The position numbers and the translations under genes are program-made. Shown here in pieces: positions 55,345 to 64,000 of a stretch of DNA of 64,000 nt (position 1 is its first letter; the number at the start of each line of letters is the position of its first letter). The DNA comes from an uncultured Omnitrophica bacterium. GTDB lineage: Bacteria > Omnitrophota > Gorgyraeia > JACQQV01. The stretch lies in assembly GCA_947085655.1 (NCBI GenBank), contig CAMTXH010000022.1:2556-66555 (forward strand), in the 5' to 3' direction. The notes under the pieces are model-generated. The model was not told the origin of the DNA and searched no databases. It was given only the letters and a program-made list of their open reading frames with translations.

Positions 55345-56253
55345 TCACCCCTTTCTTGCGATCAATTCGATCTGGTCTGAGAAATTGATGTTGACTTCCC
55401 GGGGACCCAGCCGGAAAAGCCGGACCCAAGGCGCAAATCCCGCCCCGAGGAGAGGGTTCATGGCTGCCACCCGTTTGAGAAGGGATTGAACCGTAAAAAT
55501 CCGCCGGTAAGACCGCTTGGCCGCTATCCTGAAACCAAGCTCCTCCAAAAGAGCCGGGAGGGTCTTCCAGGAAAAATAGACCAGATGTTCCATCCGGTAC
55601 CCCCACCAGCGGTTTCCCAAGAGACGCGCGGCGAGACTCCCGACGTCGGGGGTGCTGAGATAAAGGACGCCGCTTTTCTTCAGGAGCCGGTGGCTCTCCG
55701 AAAGGGCCGATTTCGGGTCGGTGAGATGTTCCAACGTATCGATGAGGGTAATGACATCGAACCTTTCCGATGAAAGGTCTGCTTTTTCCAACGTCCCTCC
55801 GAAAATACAAGGACCCAATGTCTCTTCCGCAATCCGGCGGGCCCAGGCGGAAGGTTCGATCCCCCCCACCTCCCATCCGCGCCGTTTGGCCACCTCCAGG
55901 AAAAAGCCGGCGAAACAGCCGATATCCAGAAGCCGTCCCTTCGGGGAAACGCTTTCGATCCAGTCGAGGCTCCTTTCGGCCATCCTCTGCCGAACCGCCT
56001 TTTCCTCCAGATACGTCTCATCCGCCATCTCTTCGTAAAGTAAACGGAGCTCGTCCTCGGAAGGAAACGGATGAACAGAGACAATGCCGCACCTCCGGCA
56101 CCGGACCAATGCCCGGGCTCGTCCGTATCGGGCCCGAGTAATGGAATGACCGGTCACCGGCATAAAGCTTCCCTGCTTCCGGTAAAGGCCAAGGCCGCCT
56201 CCCCGACAGACAGGACAGACCCTGGCAAAATGTTCAGGAGTTCTTGTCTTCAA
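55345..56253 (-). CDS. Class I SAM-dependent methyltransferase with N-terminal Cys motifs
   Basis: CPVC...CRRC, LLDIGCFAG, LEHL; start uncertain (TTG 56253). Confidence 0.85.
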   Translation of the reverse strand: MKTRTPEHFARVCPVCRGGGLGLYRKQGSFMPVTGHSITRARYGRARALVRCRRCGIVSVHPFPSEDELRLLYEEMADETYLEEKAVRQRMAERSLDWIESVSPKGRLLDIGCFAGFFLEVAKRRGWEVGGIEPSAWARRIAEETLGPCIFGGTLEKADLSSERFDVITLIDTLEHLTDPKSALSESHRLLKKSGVLYLSTPDVGSLAARLLGNRWWGYRMEHLVYFSWKTLPALLEELGFRIAAKRSYRRIFTVQSLLKRVAAMNPLLGAGFAPWVRLFRLGPREVNINFSDQIELIARKG

Positions 56254-58093
56254 TGACAAACTCTCCAAGATCCACGAGTGGAAAAAGACTTCCCTCCCTC
56301 TCATCCACCCAGTAAAGAACAACAGACCAGGTCGCCCCGGAAAAATCCGATTCCGGAAAGACCAACCGATAGTGCTCCGTGATCCGTTCGCCCGGTTGCC
56401 ACCGGTCCGTGGGATAGAGCCGGTAAAGAAACGGGTGATAATGGCGCCGGATTTTTTTCTGTTTTGCCTCCACCATTTCAAAAAGAATCCCGTACCGTCG
56501 GGAGGGGGTGTGCCGGCAAACCCATTCAAAAGTGAGCGGGAGCGCTTCGCCTGAAGGGAGTGTCCGGGATGCCGCCGTCCAACGGAAAAGACCGAGAGCC
56601 CCGTCCGGGTCCTCCGCCGCAAGGTCCGGCGTCCCGTTTTTTCGCTCCACCCAAAAAAGCGGGGTCCCTTTCGCGTCCTTTTCAAAAAGGACCAAATCCT
56701 CAAATGCCAAAACCGGCTGAAAGTTCCTTTCTTCGAGAAAGCGGCGGGCCGATTCGTCCGAATCCTCCCGGGAAAAACCGACGTGGGTCAGCGGATCGTT
56801 CCAATCCACGAGGAGATATGGAAGCGTCTCGGGGAAAGCATACGGTCTTTTGGAAAGGGTGTAGGTTCCCGTGTAAACGTGGTGAAATGAATAGAGCTCC
56901 CGCCGGTTCACCAGATGCGGAAGAAATTCAAACGTCGCCATGACCGGCGCCGTCGGAGGAAGACGCCGGATTAAAATATCCCTTTTGGCATCCAAAACAT
57001 CGGGCCAGGCCTCCTCCATCACTCCCGAAAGCCGAAAATGGGGACCGGCCCAAACATTGACGATCAGGGTCATTGAAAAAAGAAGGCCCCAGATGACCTT
57101 GACAGAAAGACGTCCTATCAGCCGTTTTCCGCCGTGAATCGCGGCGTAAAACAAAAGGGGGATGAAGAGGGCCCCGTAATGGTAGTTCAGGAGATGTTGG
57201 GTTCGACGCTGGGAAAGGAGATGTTCCATGAAAAAGGGGAGGCTCAAAACGAAACTTTTCGGATCAAGGAGTGGGAAAAAAGCCAAAGGAGCCAGAAGCT
57301 GCATCACCATCTGTTTCCGGAGAGGCCCCTCGAAAAGGAGGGAAAGTGTCTTCAAAGGATGCGTCACGATAAATCGGAGGGCGTCGGGAAGATTTTCTCC
57401 CAGATGGGAATAGAGAAGGGAAAAATTGATGGTCTCCGGGTTCAGTCTCGGCATGAACCAGAAGACCACGAAGACAAAAGTGGTCCCCCCGATGAAAAAA
57501 GGGAAAAAAGACCACCGCCATCCCCTCCTCTTCAACAGGGCCAGGACTCCGATCATCATCACCGCCAGAGACACGTCTTCCTGACAGAGCAGGGCGAGTG
57601 CCGCAAAGATCCAAAAGGAAAGGGACCGCTCCCGCTCAAACGCATCGAGTGCCCCGAGTAAAAAAAAGACCCCGAGCGCCACAGGATGAAATTCGAAAAG
57701 ACTCACATATCCGAGGGCGGGGTAAAAAAGATAGGAAAAGGCAAAGATCAAAGGAGACGGTTCCGGCAGGTGCCGCTCGGCGATCCGATAGACAAAGTGC
57801 GCCCCCCCTCCCAGAAAAAGAGTCTGGAGAAAAAGAAGCGTGACAGGGCTTGGAAAAACCGCATAGAGGGGAAGAATCAAAAAAAGAATCGGAACAAAAT
57901 GGTTCCCGAGGAGAGGAATGCCCAAGAGGGAGCTTTCGAAAGAGCCGTGAAGGATATTCCAGAGTCCTTGGGCATAGACGGCAAGGTCAAAATCATGGAA
58001 GGCGTACGAACGGTACTTCAGAGCGTTGAGGCCAAAAAAAAGGCAGCCGTAGAGGCCGATCAGCCCCCATAAAAAGCGTTTCGCGTTGGTCAC
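56234..58093 (-). CDS. DUF2079-like membrane protein (GT-C-like)
   Basis: FDLAVYAQ, HFVP, FEFHP, QED, YHY motifs; multiple TM helices. Confidence 0.78.
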   Translation of the reverse strand: MTNAKRFLWGLIGLYGCLFFGLNALKYRSYAFHDFDLAVYAQGLWNILHGSFESSLLGIPLLGNHFVPILFLILPLYAVFPSPVTLLFLQTLFLGGGAHFVYRIAERHLPEPSPLIFAFSYLFYPALGYVSLFEFHPVALGVFFLLGALDAFERERSLSFWIFAALALLCQEDVSLAVMMIGVLALLKRRGWRWSFFPFFIGGTTFVFVVFWFMPRLNPETINFSLLYSHLGENLPDALRFIVTHPLKTLSLLFEGPLRKQMVMQLLAPLAFFPLLDPKSFVLSLPFFMEHLLSQRRTQHLLNYHYGALFIPLLFYAAIHGGKRLIGRLSVKVIWGLLFSMTLIVNVWAGPHFRLSGVMEEAWPDVLDAKRDILIRRLPPTAPVMATFEFLPHLVNRRELYSFHHVYTGTYTLSKRPYAFPETLPYLLVDWNDPLTHVGFSREDSDESARRFLEERNFQPVLAFEDLVLFEKDAKGTPLFWVERKNGTPDLAAEDPDGALGLFRWTAASRTLPSGEALPLTFEWVCRHTPSRRYGILFEMVEAKQKKIRRHYHPFLYRLYPTDRWQPGERITEHYRLVFPESDFSGATWSVVLYWVDEREGSLFPLVDLGEFVIEDKNS

Positions 58094-58114
58094 AGAATAC
58101 CATTTAGAGACAGT

Positions 58115-58500
58115 AGAGTAGACCTGTAAGCCGAGTTCTGTCCTCCGCCACGATTCATGGCGGAGAGGCGGTCATCTCTCTTGTCCCGGTGTTGCCACCG
58201 GGCTCCAGCGACCATACCCACCTCGCCTCCCGTGTCTGGGATTCGGACGGGCCGCCCTTCATTCCTTAGGAACAGGCAGAGGTCTATTGGGTCTTGCTCC
58301 GCGTAGAGATTGCCCGTTTCACCTCCCCGCCAGAGAACTGCGGCGGGGAACTCGTCTCTGTTGCTCTAATCCTTCCGTCCGCCAAGATTCGCGGCGGACG
58401 GAGGCGGGTGTTACCCGCTACGCTGCCCTCCGGAGCTCGGACTTTCCTCCCGCTCCGCCACACATCGTGGCGGATGGCGGGCGACCGCCAGGTCTACTCT
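58115..58500 (-). ncRNA. rnpB: RNase P RNA (type A)
   Basis: GAGGAAAGTCCGAGCTC near the 5' end, ACAGAACTCGGCTTA near the 3' end, P1 AGAGTAGACCTG/CAGGTCTACTCT. Confidence 0.96.
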
Positions 58501-58936
58501 ACAGTTTCATGCTGTTAATCGCCTGATTGGCCAGTCGATCTGCCCGGCGGTTTTCACGGCGTGGAAGATGCTGAATGCTGAAATGATTGAAATGTTTAAT
58601 CAGAACAAGGGCTTGATCATGAAGAAGTTTGAGATGCGTTTCCTTCACCCGATACCGGCCTTGCAGTTGACGTGCCAACAGTTCGCTGTCGGTATAGACG
58701 TTGAGCCGTTTCACCTTTTGAATGAGCGCTTCCTGAAGTCCGTAGATGAGTGCAGTATATTCCGCCACATTGTTGGTTGTCTCGCCAATGTATTTCCCGA
58801 ATTCACGGAGAGTTCCGTCGTGACCGTCGCAGAGGACCACGCCGACGCCGGCCGGGCCCGGGTTCCCCCGCGCCGCCCCGTCAATATAAAGGGAGAGTGC
58901 TTCTTTCCCGATGCTTTCAAACAGATCGTCCGTCAT
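58499..58936 (-). CDS. rnhA: Ribonuclease HI
   Basis: DGAARGNPG, TNNVAEY, TDSEL, NRRADRLAN. Confidence 0.92.
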   Translation of the reverse strand: MTDDLFESIGKEALSLYIDGAARGNPGPAGVGVVLCDGHDGTLREFGKYIGETTNNVAEYTALIYGLQEALIQKVKRLNVYTDSELLARQLQGRYRVKETHLKLLHDQALVLIKHFNHFSIQHLPRRENRRADRLANQAINSMKL

Positions 58937-59664
58937 CCCCCTTCACCCCGATCATAGAGAATCCGCGAACAGTTTTCGCACATCACCCATTTCTCCTGAA
59001 GCCGAACCTCGTTGATCCTCTGGGGCGGAAGATTCATGTTGCAACCGCCGCAGCCATCTCCTCTCACCGGTACGAGCGCCAATCCCCCTTTGGCAGCCAG
59101 AATCCGGTCGTATTGTTCAAACAGTTTCCGCTCCAGTTCTGGAATAATCTCCTCACGACTCTCTTTCAAAGACTTGAGTTCCCTCTCAATGGCGATAACC
59201 TCTTCTGCGATCCGCTTTTCCTGCTGTTTCAGTTCCGCCTCCTCTGCCTCAAGGCTCTGTCTCAGGCGGCTCACCTCTCGTTTCTTCTGATCCACTTCAT
59301 CCATCATCTGAAGAATTTCTTCTTCCAAGACGGAATTATCCGCTTTGAGCGTCTCGATTTCCTTCTGAAGCGACTGATATTCCTTGTTGGTTTTTACCTG
59401 ATAGAGCTGGGTCTGATATTTTTTGACGTTCCCTTCTTTTGTCTCAAGGTCGATTTCTTTCTCTTTCCGTTTCATTTGAAGAGCCGTCAAAGCTTTTTCC
59501 GCCTCGGTCAACTCGGTTTTTCTTTCATCGCGCTTCTTTCGGTATTGCTCCAGAAGACGGGGTTTCTCACCCTTCTCCTTCATCAGGCCATACCGCTTTC
59601 CGTCGATTTCCTGAAGCCGGAGAAGCGATCCGAGCTGTTCTCCAATGGTTCTCGTGGAAGACAT
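58933..59664 (-). CDS. Coiled-coil protein with C4 zinc ribbon (DUF164)
   Basis: LQEID, long coiled coil, CGGC...CENCSRIL. Confidence 0.9.
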   Translation of the reverse strand: MSSTRTIGEQLGSLLRLQEIDGKRYGLMKEKGEKPRLLEQYRKKRDERKTELTEAEKALTALQMKRKEKEIDLETKEGNVKKYQTQLYQVKTNKEYQSLQKEIETLKADNSVLEEEILQMMDEVDQKKREVSRLRQSLEAEEAELKQQEKRIAEEVIAIERELKSLKESREEIIPELERKLFEQYDRILAAKGGLALVPVRGDGCGGCNMNLPPQRINEVRLQEKWVMCENCSRILYDRGEGG

Positions 59665-59698
59665 TACACCTTACACCTTTCGCCTGACACTGCTTTAA

Positions 59699-59775
59699 TG
59701 GTGGGCGCAATAGGGCTCGAACCTATGACCTCTGCGATGTGAACGCAGCGCTCTAACCAACTGAGCTATGCGCCC
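59699..59775 (-). tRNA. tRNA-Val(CAC)
   Basis: GGGCGCATAGCTCAGTTGGTTAGAGC-GCTGCG-TTCACAT-CGCAG...GGTTCGAGCCCTATTGCGCCCACCA. Confidence 0.96.
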
Positions 59776-59777
59776 CT

Positions 59778-59796
59778 ATGGGCCCACCATGATTCG
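59778..59796 (-). repeat. Duplicated 3' end of the CAT tRNA (att-like)
   Basis: ATGGGCCCACCATGATTCG versus ATGGGCCCACCAGGATTCG at 59929-59947 (18/19 match). Confidence 0.8.
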
Positions 59797-59929
59797 CTCC
59801 TCGCCGGGGGCCCAGCCCCGGCTGCGGGCGGCCTGACTCACTGACGCTGCTCCCATAAGGTCGCGGCTTTTCATCCACTGGATGCGCTCGTCAGGCTTCG
59901 AATCCTGGGAAACGGGCCAGGTACGATCA

Positions 59930-60001
59930 TGGGCCCACCAGGATTCGAACCTGGGACCAAGAGATTATGAGTCTCCTGCTCTACCGCTGAGCTATGGGCC
60001 C
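59930..60001 (-). tRNA. tRNA with CAT anticodon, probably tRNA-Ile2 (lysidine); CCA not encoded
   Basis: GGGCCCATAGCTCAGCGGTAGAGCAGGAGA-CTCATAA-TCTCT...GGTTCGAATCCTGGTGGGCCCA; lacks initiator features; lies downstream of rpoD. Confidence 0.88.
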
Positions 60002-60008
60002 CTAAAAA

Positions 60009-60076
60009 CGGTGTCGGGTGTAGGGTGTGTGGTGTTAGGTCAGTCCCTTCCACCTAACACCTGACACCATGCACCG
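60009..60076. repeat. Inverted heptad-repeat hairpin (GGTGTNN)n/(NNACACC)n
   Basis: GGTGTCG GGTGTAG GGTGTGT GGTGTTA ... CACCTAA CACCTGA CACCATG CACCG. Confidence 0.8.
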
Positions 60077-60078
60077 CA

Positions 60079-60117
60079 TTAAAAAGGCCGCCGGTCTATT
60101 ATAGCACACGGCGGCCT
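60079..60117 (-). terminator. Intrinsic terminator after rpoD
   Basis: AGGCCGCCG...CGGCGGCC followed by TTTTT. Confidence 0.75.
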
Positions 60118-60146
60118 CAAGGAACCCCGCTCACTCAAGCGGTAAT

Positions 60147-61757
60147 TCAATACTCCTTCTCCTCGCTGTAGCGAAGGTCGAGGAAATTCTTCAGTTGCCG
60201 GCTCCGGGTGGGATGGCGGAGTTTCCGGAGGGCCTTGGCTTCAATCTGCCGGACCCGCTCCCGCGTCACATTGAAGAGAGCGCCCACCTCTTCCAGGGTT
60301 CGCGGATAACCGTCCGTAATGCCAAACCGGAGCATCAAGACCCTTTTCTCCCGATCCGTCAGCGTTTCCAGGACAGACTCCATCTGCTCCCGAAGCAACG
60401 AATAGGTTGTCGCGCTCGAGGGAGAAATGGCCCGCTTGTCTTCGATGAAATCCCCGAAATGGGTATCCCCTTCATCCCCGATCGGCGTCTGAAGCGAAAT
60501 CGGTTCCTGGGCGATCTTCAGGATACCCCGGATTTTTTCCACTGGCATTTCCATCTCCCGCGCAATCTCTTCGGGCGTCGGCTCCTTCCCGTTTTCCTGA
60601 ACGAGCGCCCGGGAGACCCGGAGAAGTTTGTTGATCGCCTCGGTCATGTGAACCGGAATTCGGATCGTCCGTGCCTGATCCGCAATGGACCGCGTAATCG
60701 CCTGCCGGATCCACCAAGTCGCATACGTGGAAAACTTGTAGCCCCGGCGCCACTCAAATTTCTCGACCGCCTTCATCAGTCCGATGTTTCCCTCCTGAAT
60801 CAGGTCAAGGAAGGAGAGGCCCCGGTTCGTGTATTTCTTGGCAATGCTCACCACCAACCGGAGATTCGCCTCGACCAGCGCTTTCTTTTCCCGGTTGAAA
60901 CGGCTCTCGCGCCGCTTGATGGTGGCGATCTCTTCCTTCAAAGCATCCAGCGAAGAGCTGAATTCCTGGAGGAACCGCTTCTTTTTCCGCTCCAATTTCT
61001 GAATCTGACCCCGGACTTTCCTTCGGCGCATCCGCTCCATTTCCTGATCGAAGCGGGTCAAGTGTCTGAGACTCTCTTTGATCTTGGAGGTCATCTCTTC
61101 CACGAAGGAAACGGTGAGGTTCAGTTCAAAAAGAATGGGAACCGCCTTCGCCGTGGTTCGGGTACTTTTCAGCTTCCGGGAAAGGCCTTGAAGCCGCCGA
61201 AGCGTCTTAATCCGGTCTTCCTTAAGGTCCTCATTGATGACATCCTCGGGGCTGACTTCTTCCTTCAGGATGCTGGCCACATGCTCCAAGACGTGCTTTC
61301 GGGCGAATTTTGAGGAAAAAACCGCCTCCCGGTATTTGATCTCCGCCTGTTCAATCCGCTTGGCAAGTTTGATCTCCTCTTCCCGGGTGAGGAGCGAGAT
61401 CTGTCCCATTTGACGGAGGTACATCCGGACCGGGTCGTCCATCTGGGTGGTGTGGAGATCGATTTCCTCTTCTGGTTCGACCGGCACCGGTTTCTCTTCC
61501 TCCTGGACAGGAGGTTTCTTTTCTTCCTCTTCCTCGGGTTCGGGGGGTTTGGTTTCCTCCTTGGAAGCGACATCGTCGACGATCTGGATATTCTCACCTT
61601 CCAGAATGGAAAGGACCTCATCGATCTGGCCCGAAGAGACCACTTCCTCCGGCAGGATATGGTTTACCTCGTCATAGGTCAGTTGACCCTTTTCCTTGCC
61701 GATAGCAATGAGTTTGTCGATATGCAGTTGTACCATTTTTTTGGTGTCTACACCCAT
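60147..61757 (-). CDS. rpoD: RNA polymerase primary sigma factor
   Basis: [47 protein letters not shown]. Confidence 0.97.
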   Translation of the reverse strand: MGVDTKKMVQLHIDKLIAIGKEKGQLTYDEVNHILPEEVVSSGQIDEVLSILEGENIQIVDDVASKEETKPPEPEEEEEKKPPVQEEEKPVPVEPEEEIDLHTTQMDDPVRMYLRQMGQISLLTREEEIKLAKRIEQAEIKYREAVFSSKFARKHVLEHVASILKEEVSPEDVINEDLKEDRIKTLRRLQGLSRKLKSTRTTAKAVPILFELNLTVSFVEEMTSKIKESLRHLTRFDQEMERMRRRKVRGQIQKLERKKKRFLQEFSSSLDALKEEIATIKRRESRFNREKKALVEANLRLVVSIAKKYTNRGLSFLDLIQEGNIGLMKAVEKFEWRRGYKFSTYATWWIRQAITRSIADQARTIRIPVHMTEAINKLLRVSRALVQENGKEPTPEEIAREMEMPVEKIRGILKIAQEPISLQTPIGDEGDTHFGDFIEDKRAISPSSATTYSLLREQMESVLETLTDREKRVLMLRFGITDGYPRTLEEVGALFNVTRERVRQIEAKALRKLRHPTRSRQLKNFLDLRYSEEKEY

Positions 61758-61771
61758 GCCGTCATTCCCTT

Positions 61772-63520
61772 TCAAGATACGCCCTGCTTTCTGACAGCTT
61801 GAAATTCCGCCATCAGGGCCTCAAGCTGTGTCTGGTCCCGAACGCTCTCCGCCCGTTTGATTTTCGCCTCGAGCGAAGCGAGCAGGCGGTTCCGACTCTC
61901 CATTCGAATTTTCTGAATACAATCGTTCAAGGCCTTCTCTTTTTCCTCCTCCAACAGTTCCACCGATAAAGCGAACTCGGAGAAAAATCCCTTTCCTGCA
62001 ATTTCATGGAATTCCGTAGCCAACCGCGAAAGACCTCTCAACTCTCCATTCTCAAACCGTTCATACAACGTTTGCAACATCTTCTGAGAGCGACCGTCCG
62101 AGAGGCGCTCCGGCGTCAACCGTTCTTTGGTAAAAGAGATCCATTTCGCATCATCCAAAAGAATTCTCAAAAGCATCGCCTCCGCCGGCGGGAGGGTCGC
62201 CTGCTCCCTCCGAAGGGGAATTTCCCTTTCCCTCACCACGCCTTTGAGCCGCTTGAGCTCTAAAAGAAGATCCTCCTCCCGGACGGCGAGACTTTCCGCC
62301 AACTCCTTCAGATAAGCCGAGCGGAGAATCGCATTTTCAATCCGGGCGATGCTCGGGAGAATCTCCTGGCAGGCGCGCGATTTTCCCTCTGGCGTCTTCA
62401 GCGAAAATTTCCGCGCCAGAGACTCCAGCCGGTAGGGGATCAGCGGCTTTGCCTCTTCCACCATTTTCAAAAAGGCCTCCGCTCCCCGTTTCCGGACAAA
62501 GGCATCCGGATCTTCTCCCGGGAGCGTGACCATTCTGACCGAAAGATCCCCTTCCAAAAATAGATCCAGACCCCTCAGACTCGCCGCCTCACCGGCCTTG
62601 TCCGGATCAAAGACCACGACCACTTCCCGGGCGTACCGTTTCAGCAGCCGGACCTGATCCCGGGTGAGACTCGTGCCGAGGGTGGCAACGACCTGCGGGA
62701 TTCCCGACTGATAGAGGGCGATGAGATCCAGGTATCCCTCCACCAAAATCACCGACTCTTTTTCCCGAATCCACTTCCCGGAATGGACCAACCCGTAAAG
62801 TTCCCGCCCTTTGAAAAAGATCTCTGTTTCCGGCGAATTGAGATACTTGGGTTCCCCCTGATCCAAAACCCGGCCTCCGAAACCGAGGATCCGTCCTTTC
62901 ACATTGGCAATCGGAAAGAGGATCCGGTTCCGGAAACGGTCCCGGAAACTCCCATCCTCCCCCTTCAGAATCAAACCTGCCCGGAGAAGGGTCTGTTCCG
63001 AGAATCCCTTGGCCTTCGCCACCTTCAAAAATTCTTGAAAACCGGCAGGGGCATACCCGATCTGAAAGAGCGCTTCCGTTTTCGAATCCAATCCCCGGCT
63101 GACAAGGTACCGTCTTGCGTTTTCTCCCTGGGGCCCTAACAAAGTGTTCCGATAAAAGGCCTGGGCCAACGCATTCGCTTCGTAGAGCTGCGCACTTTCA
63201 GAACTCCGCTTCTCCGAAGCAGGATCCTGCTTCGGCAGCGGAATCCCTGCCTTTTCTGCCAAAGAGCGGACCGCATCCAGAAAGGTGACCCGCTCGGTCT
63301 TCATCACGAACTGAAAAACATCCCCTCCCTCCCCGCAGCCGAAGCAGTGAAAAATCTGCTTTTCGGGACTCACCATGAAAGAGGGGGTTTTCTCATGGTG
63401 AAACGGACAAAGGGCACGGAAGTTCCGCCCTGCCCGCTTGAGAGGGAGTTGCGCTGAGACCAGCTCAACGATATCCACCCGCTCTTGAATTTGCTCCAAT
63501 GTCTCCTGGGGGATACTCAC
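61772..63520 (-). CDS. dnaG: DNA primase
   Basis: [11 protein letters not shown] zinc finger, [21 protein letters not shown]. Confidence 0.97.
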   Translation of the reverse strand: MSIPQETLEQIQERVDIVELVSAQLPLKRAGRNFRALCPFHHEKTPSFMVSPEKQIFHCFGCGEGGDVFQFVMKTERVTFLDAVRSLAEKAGIPLPKQDPASEKRSSESAQLYEANALAQAFYRNTLLGPQGENARRYLVSRGLDSKTEALFQIGYAPAGFQEFLKVAKAKGFSEQTLLRAGLILKGEDGSFRDRFRNRILFPIANVKGRILGFGGRVLDQGEPKYLNSPETEIFFKGRELYGLVHSGKWIREKESVILVEGYLDLIALYQSGIPQVVATLGTSLTRDQVRLLKRYAREVVVVFDPDKAGEAASLRGLDLFLEGDLSVRMVTLPGEDPDAFVRKRGAEAFLKMVEEAKPLIPYRLESLARKFSLKTPEGKSRACQEILPSIARIENAILRSAYLKELAESLAVREEDLLLELKRLKGVVREREIPLRREQATLPPAEAMLLRILLDDAKWISFTKERLTPERLSDGRSQKMLQTLYERFENGELRGLSRLATEFHEIAGKGFFSEFALSVELLEEEKEKALNDCIQKIRMESRNRLLASLEAKIKRAESVRDQTQLEALMAEFQAVRKQGVS

Positions 63521-63567
63521 GCAGTCGTCACTCCGGCATCTTTCGAGGAGGGAATAGAGGTATTACA

Positions 63568-64000
63568 CTACAGAGATTTGACCGTCTCAATGACAAAATT
63601 ATCTGAAAGCCGGTGGATGGCCTGATAAAGATGCTTCCCTCCCTCTAAAAGAGAAGGGACCAGAAACGATTTGGCCTGGATGCTTTCCGCCACATATCCC
63701 TCGCTGCTGAATGCCAAAGTCAGAACCACCAAAAACAGGACCACCAGGCATCCTCGCAAAACACCGACACAGCCGCCGGCAAGCCGTGGCCACCACCCGA
63801 TCGTCTGACCCGAGAAAAGTCTGACAAAAAGGAGCCGCAGAATCAACGTAGCACTATAAACCATTGCAAGAAGCGCCAGAAAGCTGATCACTTCGGACTC
63901 CTGAAGCGGAAGGGCGCTTTTTTCTGAAAGTGCGGCTCCCCATTGGCGGAATTGCGTCACCGCCAAGAAAATACCGAGGGAAAACCCGGCTAATTTGAAC
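63568..64000 (-). CDS. CvpA family membrane protein (5' end truncated by window edge)
   Basis: Frame open to the window edge; TM helices with RLAGGCVGVLRG and S.I...S.L motifs. Confidence 0.65.
   Translation of the reverse strand, partial: FKLAGFSLGIFLAVTQFRQWGAALSEKSALPLQESEVISFLALLAMVYSATLILRLLFVRLFSGQTIGWWPRLAGGCVGVLRGCLVVLFLVVLTLAFSSEGYVAESIQAKSFLVPSLLEGGKHLYQAIHRLSDNFVIETVKSL

Noticed and set aside
55345-56703. 452-aa extended methyltransferase ORF, and the 5' extensions of plsX, pgsA, ExeA, smc and rpsO in the ORF track
   Set aside because: The extensions overlap upstream genes or promoters and are not homolog-like; downstream starts were chosen
59778-59947. Intact prophage or genomic island at the tRNA
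   Set aside because: Only about 130 bp lie between the repeats and there is no integrase; reported as a scar or mini-element instead

Overview
A chromosomal window from a bacterium, tentatively an Omnitrophota-like lineage (inferred from gene order and protein style, not tested). Most of it is a long minus-strand housekeeping block: rib, smc, fab/plsX/rpmF, coaD-rsmD-recG, recJ-secDF-yajC-tgt-queA, ruvCAB, EF-G2, rimO-rodZ-ftsK, pnp-rpsO, rnpB, two tRNAs and rpoD-dnaG. The accessory region at about 2-21 kb holds the best candidates for new biology. (1) A compact RiPP-like operon at 13.4-15.6 kb encodes a PqqD/RRE protein, a 2OG-Fe(II) oxygenase, an un-called 47-aa YxxPxL precursor with a Pro-rich core ending in Cys-Gly, and an HPr-kinase-like enzyme. 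It converges on GT2, ABC-exporter and cupin genes and has no radical SAM enzyme or lasso cyclase. (2) A c-di-GMP-I riboswitch sits upstream of two type IV pilin-like genes that share a perfect 126-bp segment and G-quadruplex-like tracts, next to a CHASE2-GGDEF cyclase with Asn at the guanine-specificity position. (3) An ExeA / HD-GYP-like / Wzc operon. Other oddities are a half-deleted FMN riboswitch before a RibBA with a degenerate RibB domain, repeated CCGCCA hairpins inside RNase P RNA, a 74-bp tandem duplication over the queA start, and a tRNA 3'-end duplication. No transposase, integrase, CRISPR array or rRNA was seen.
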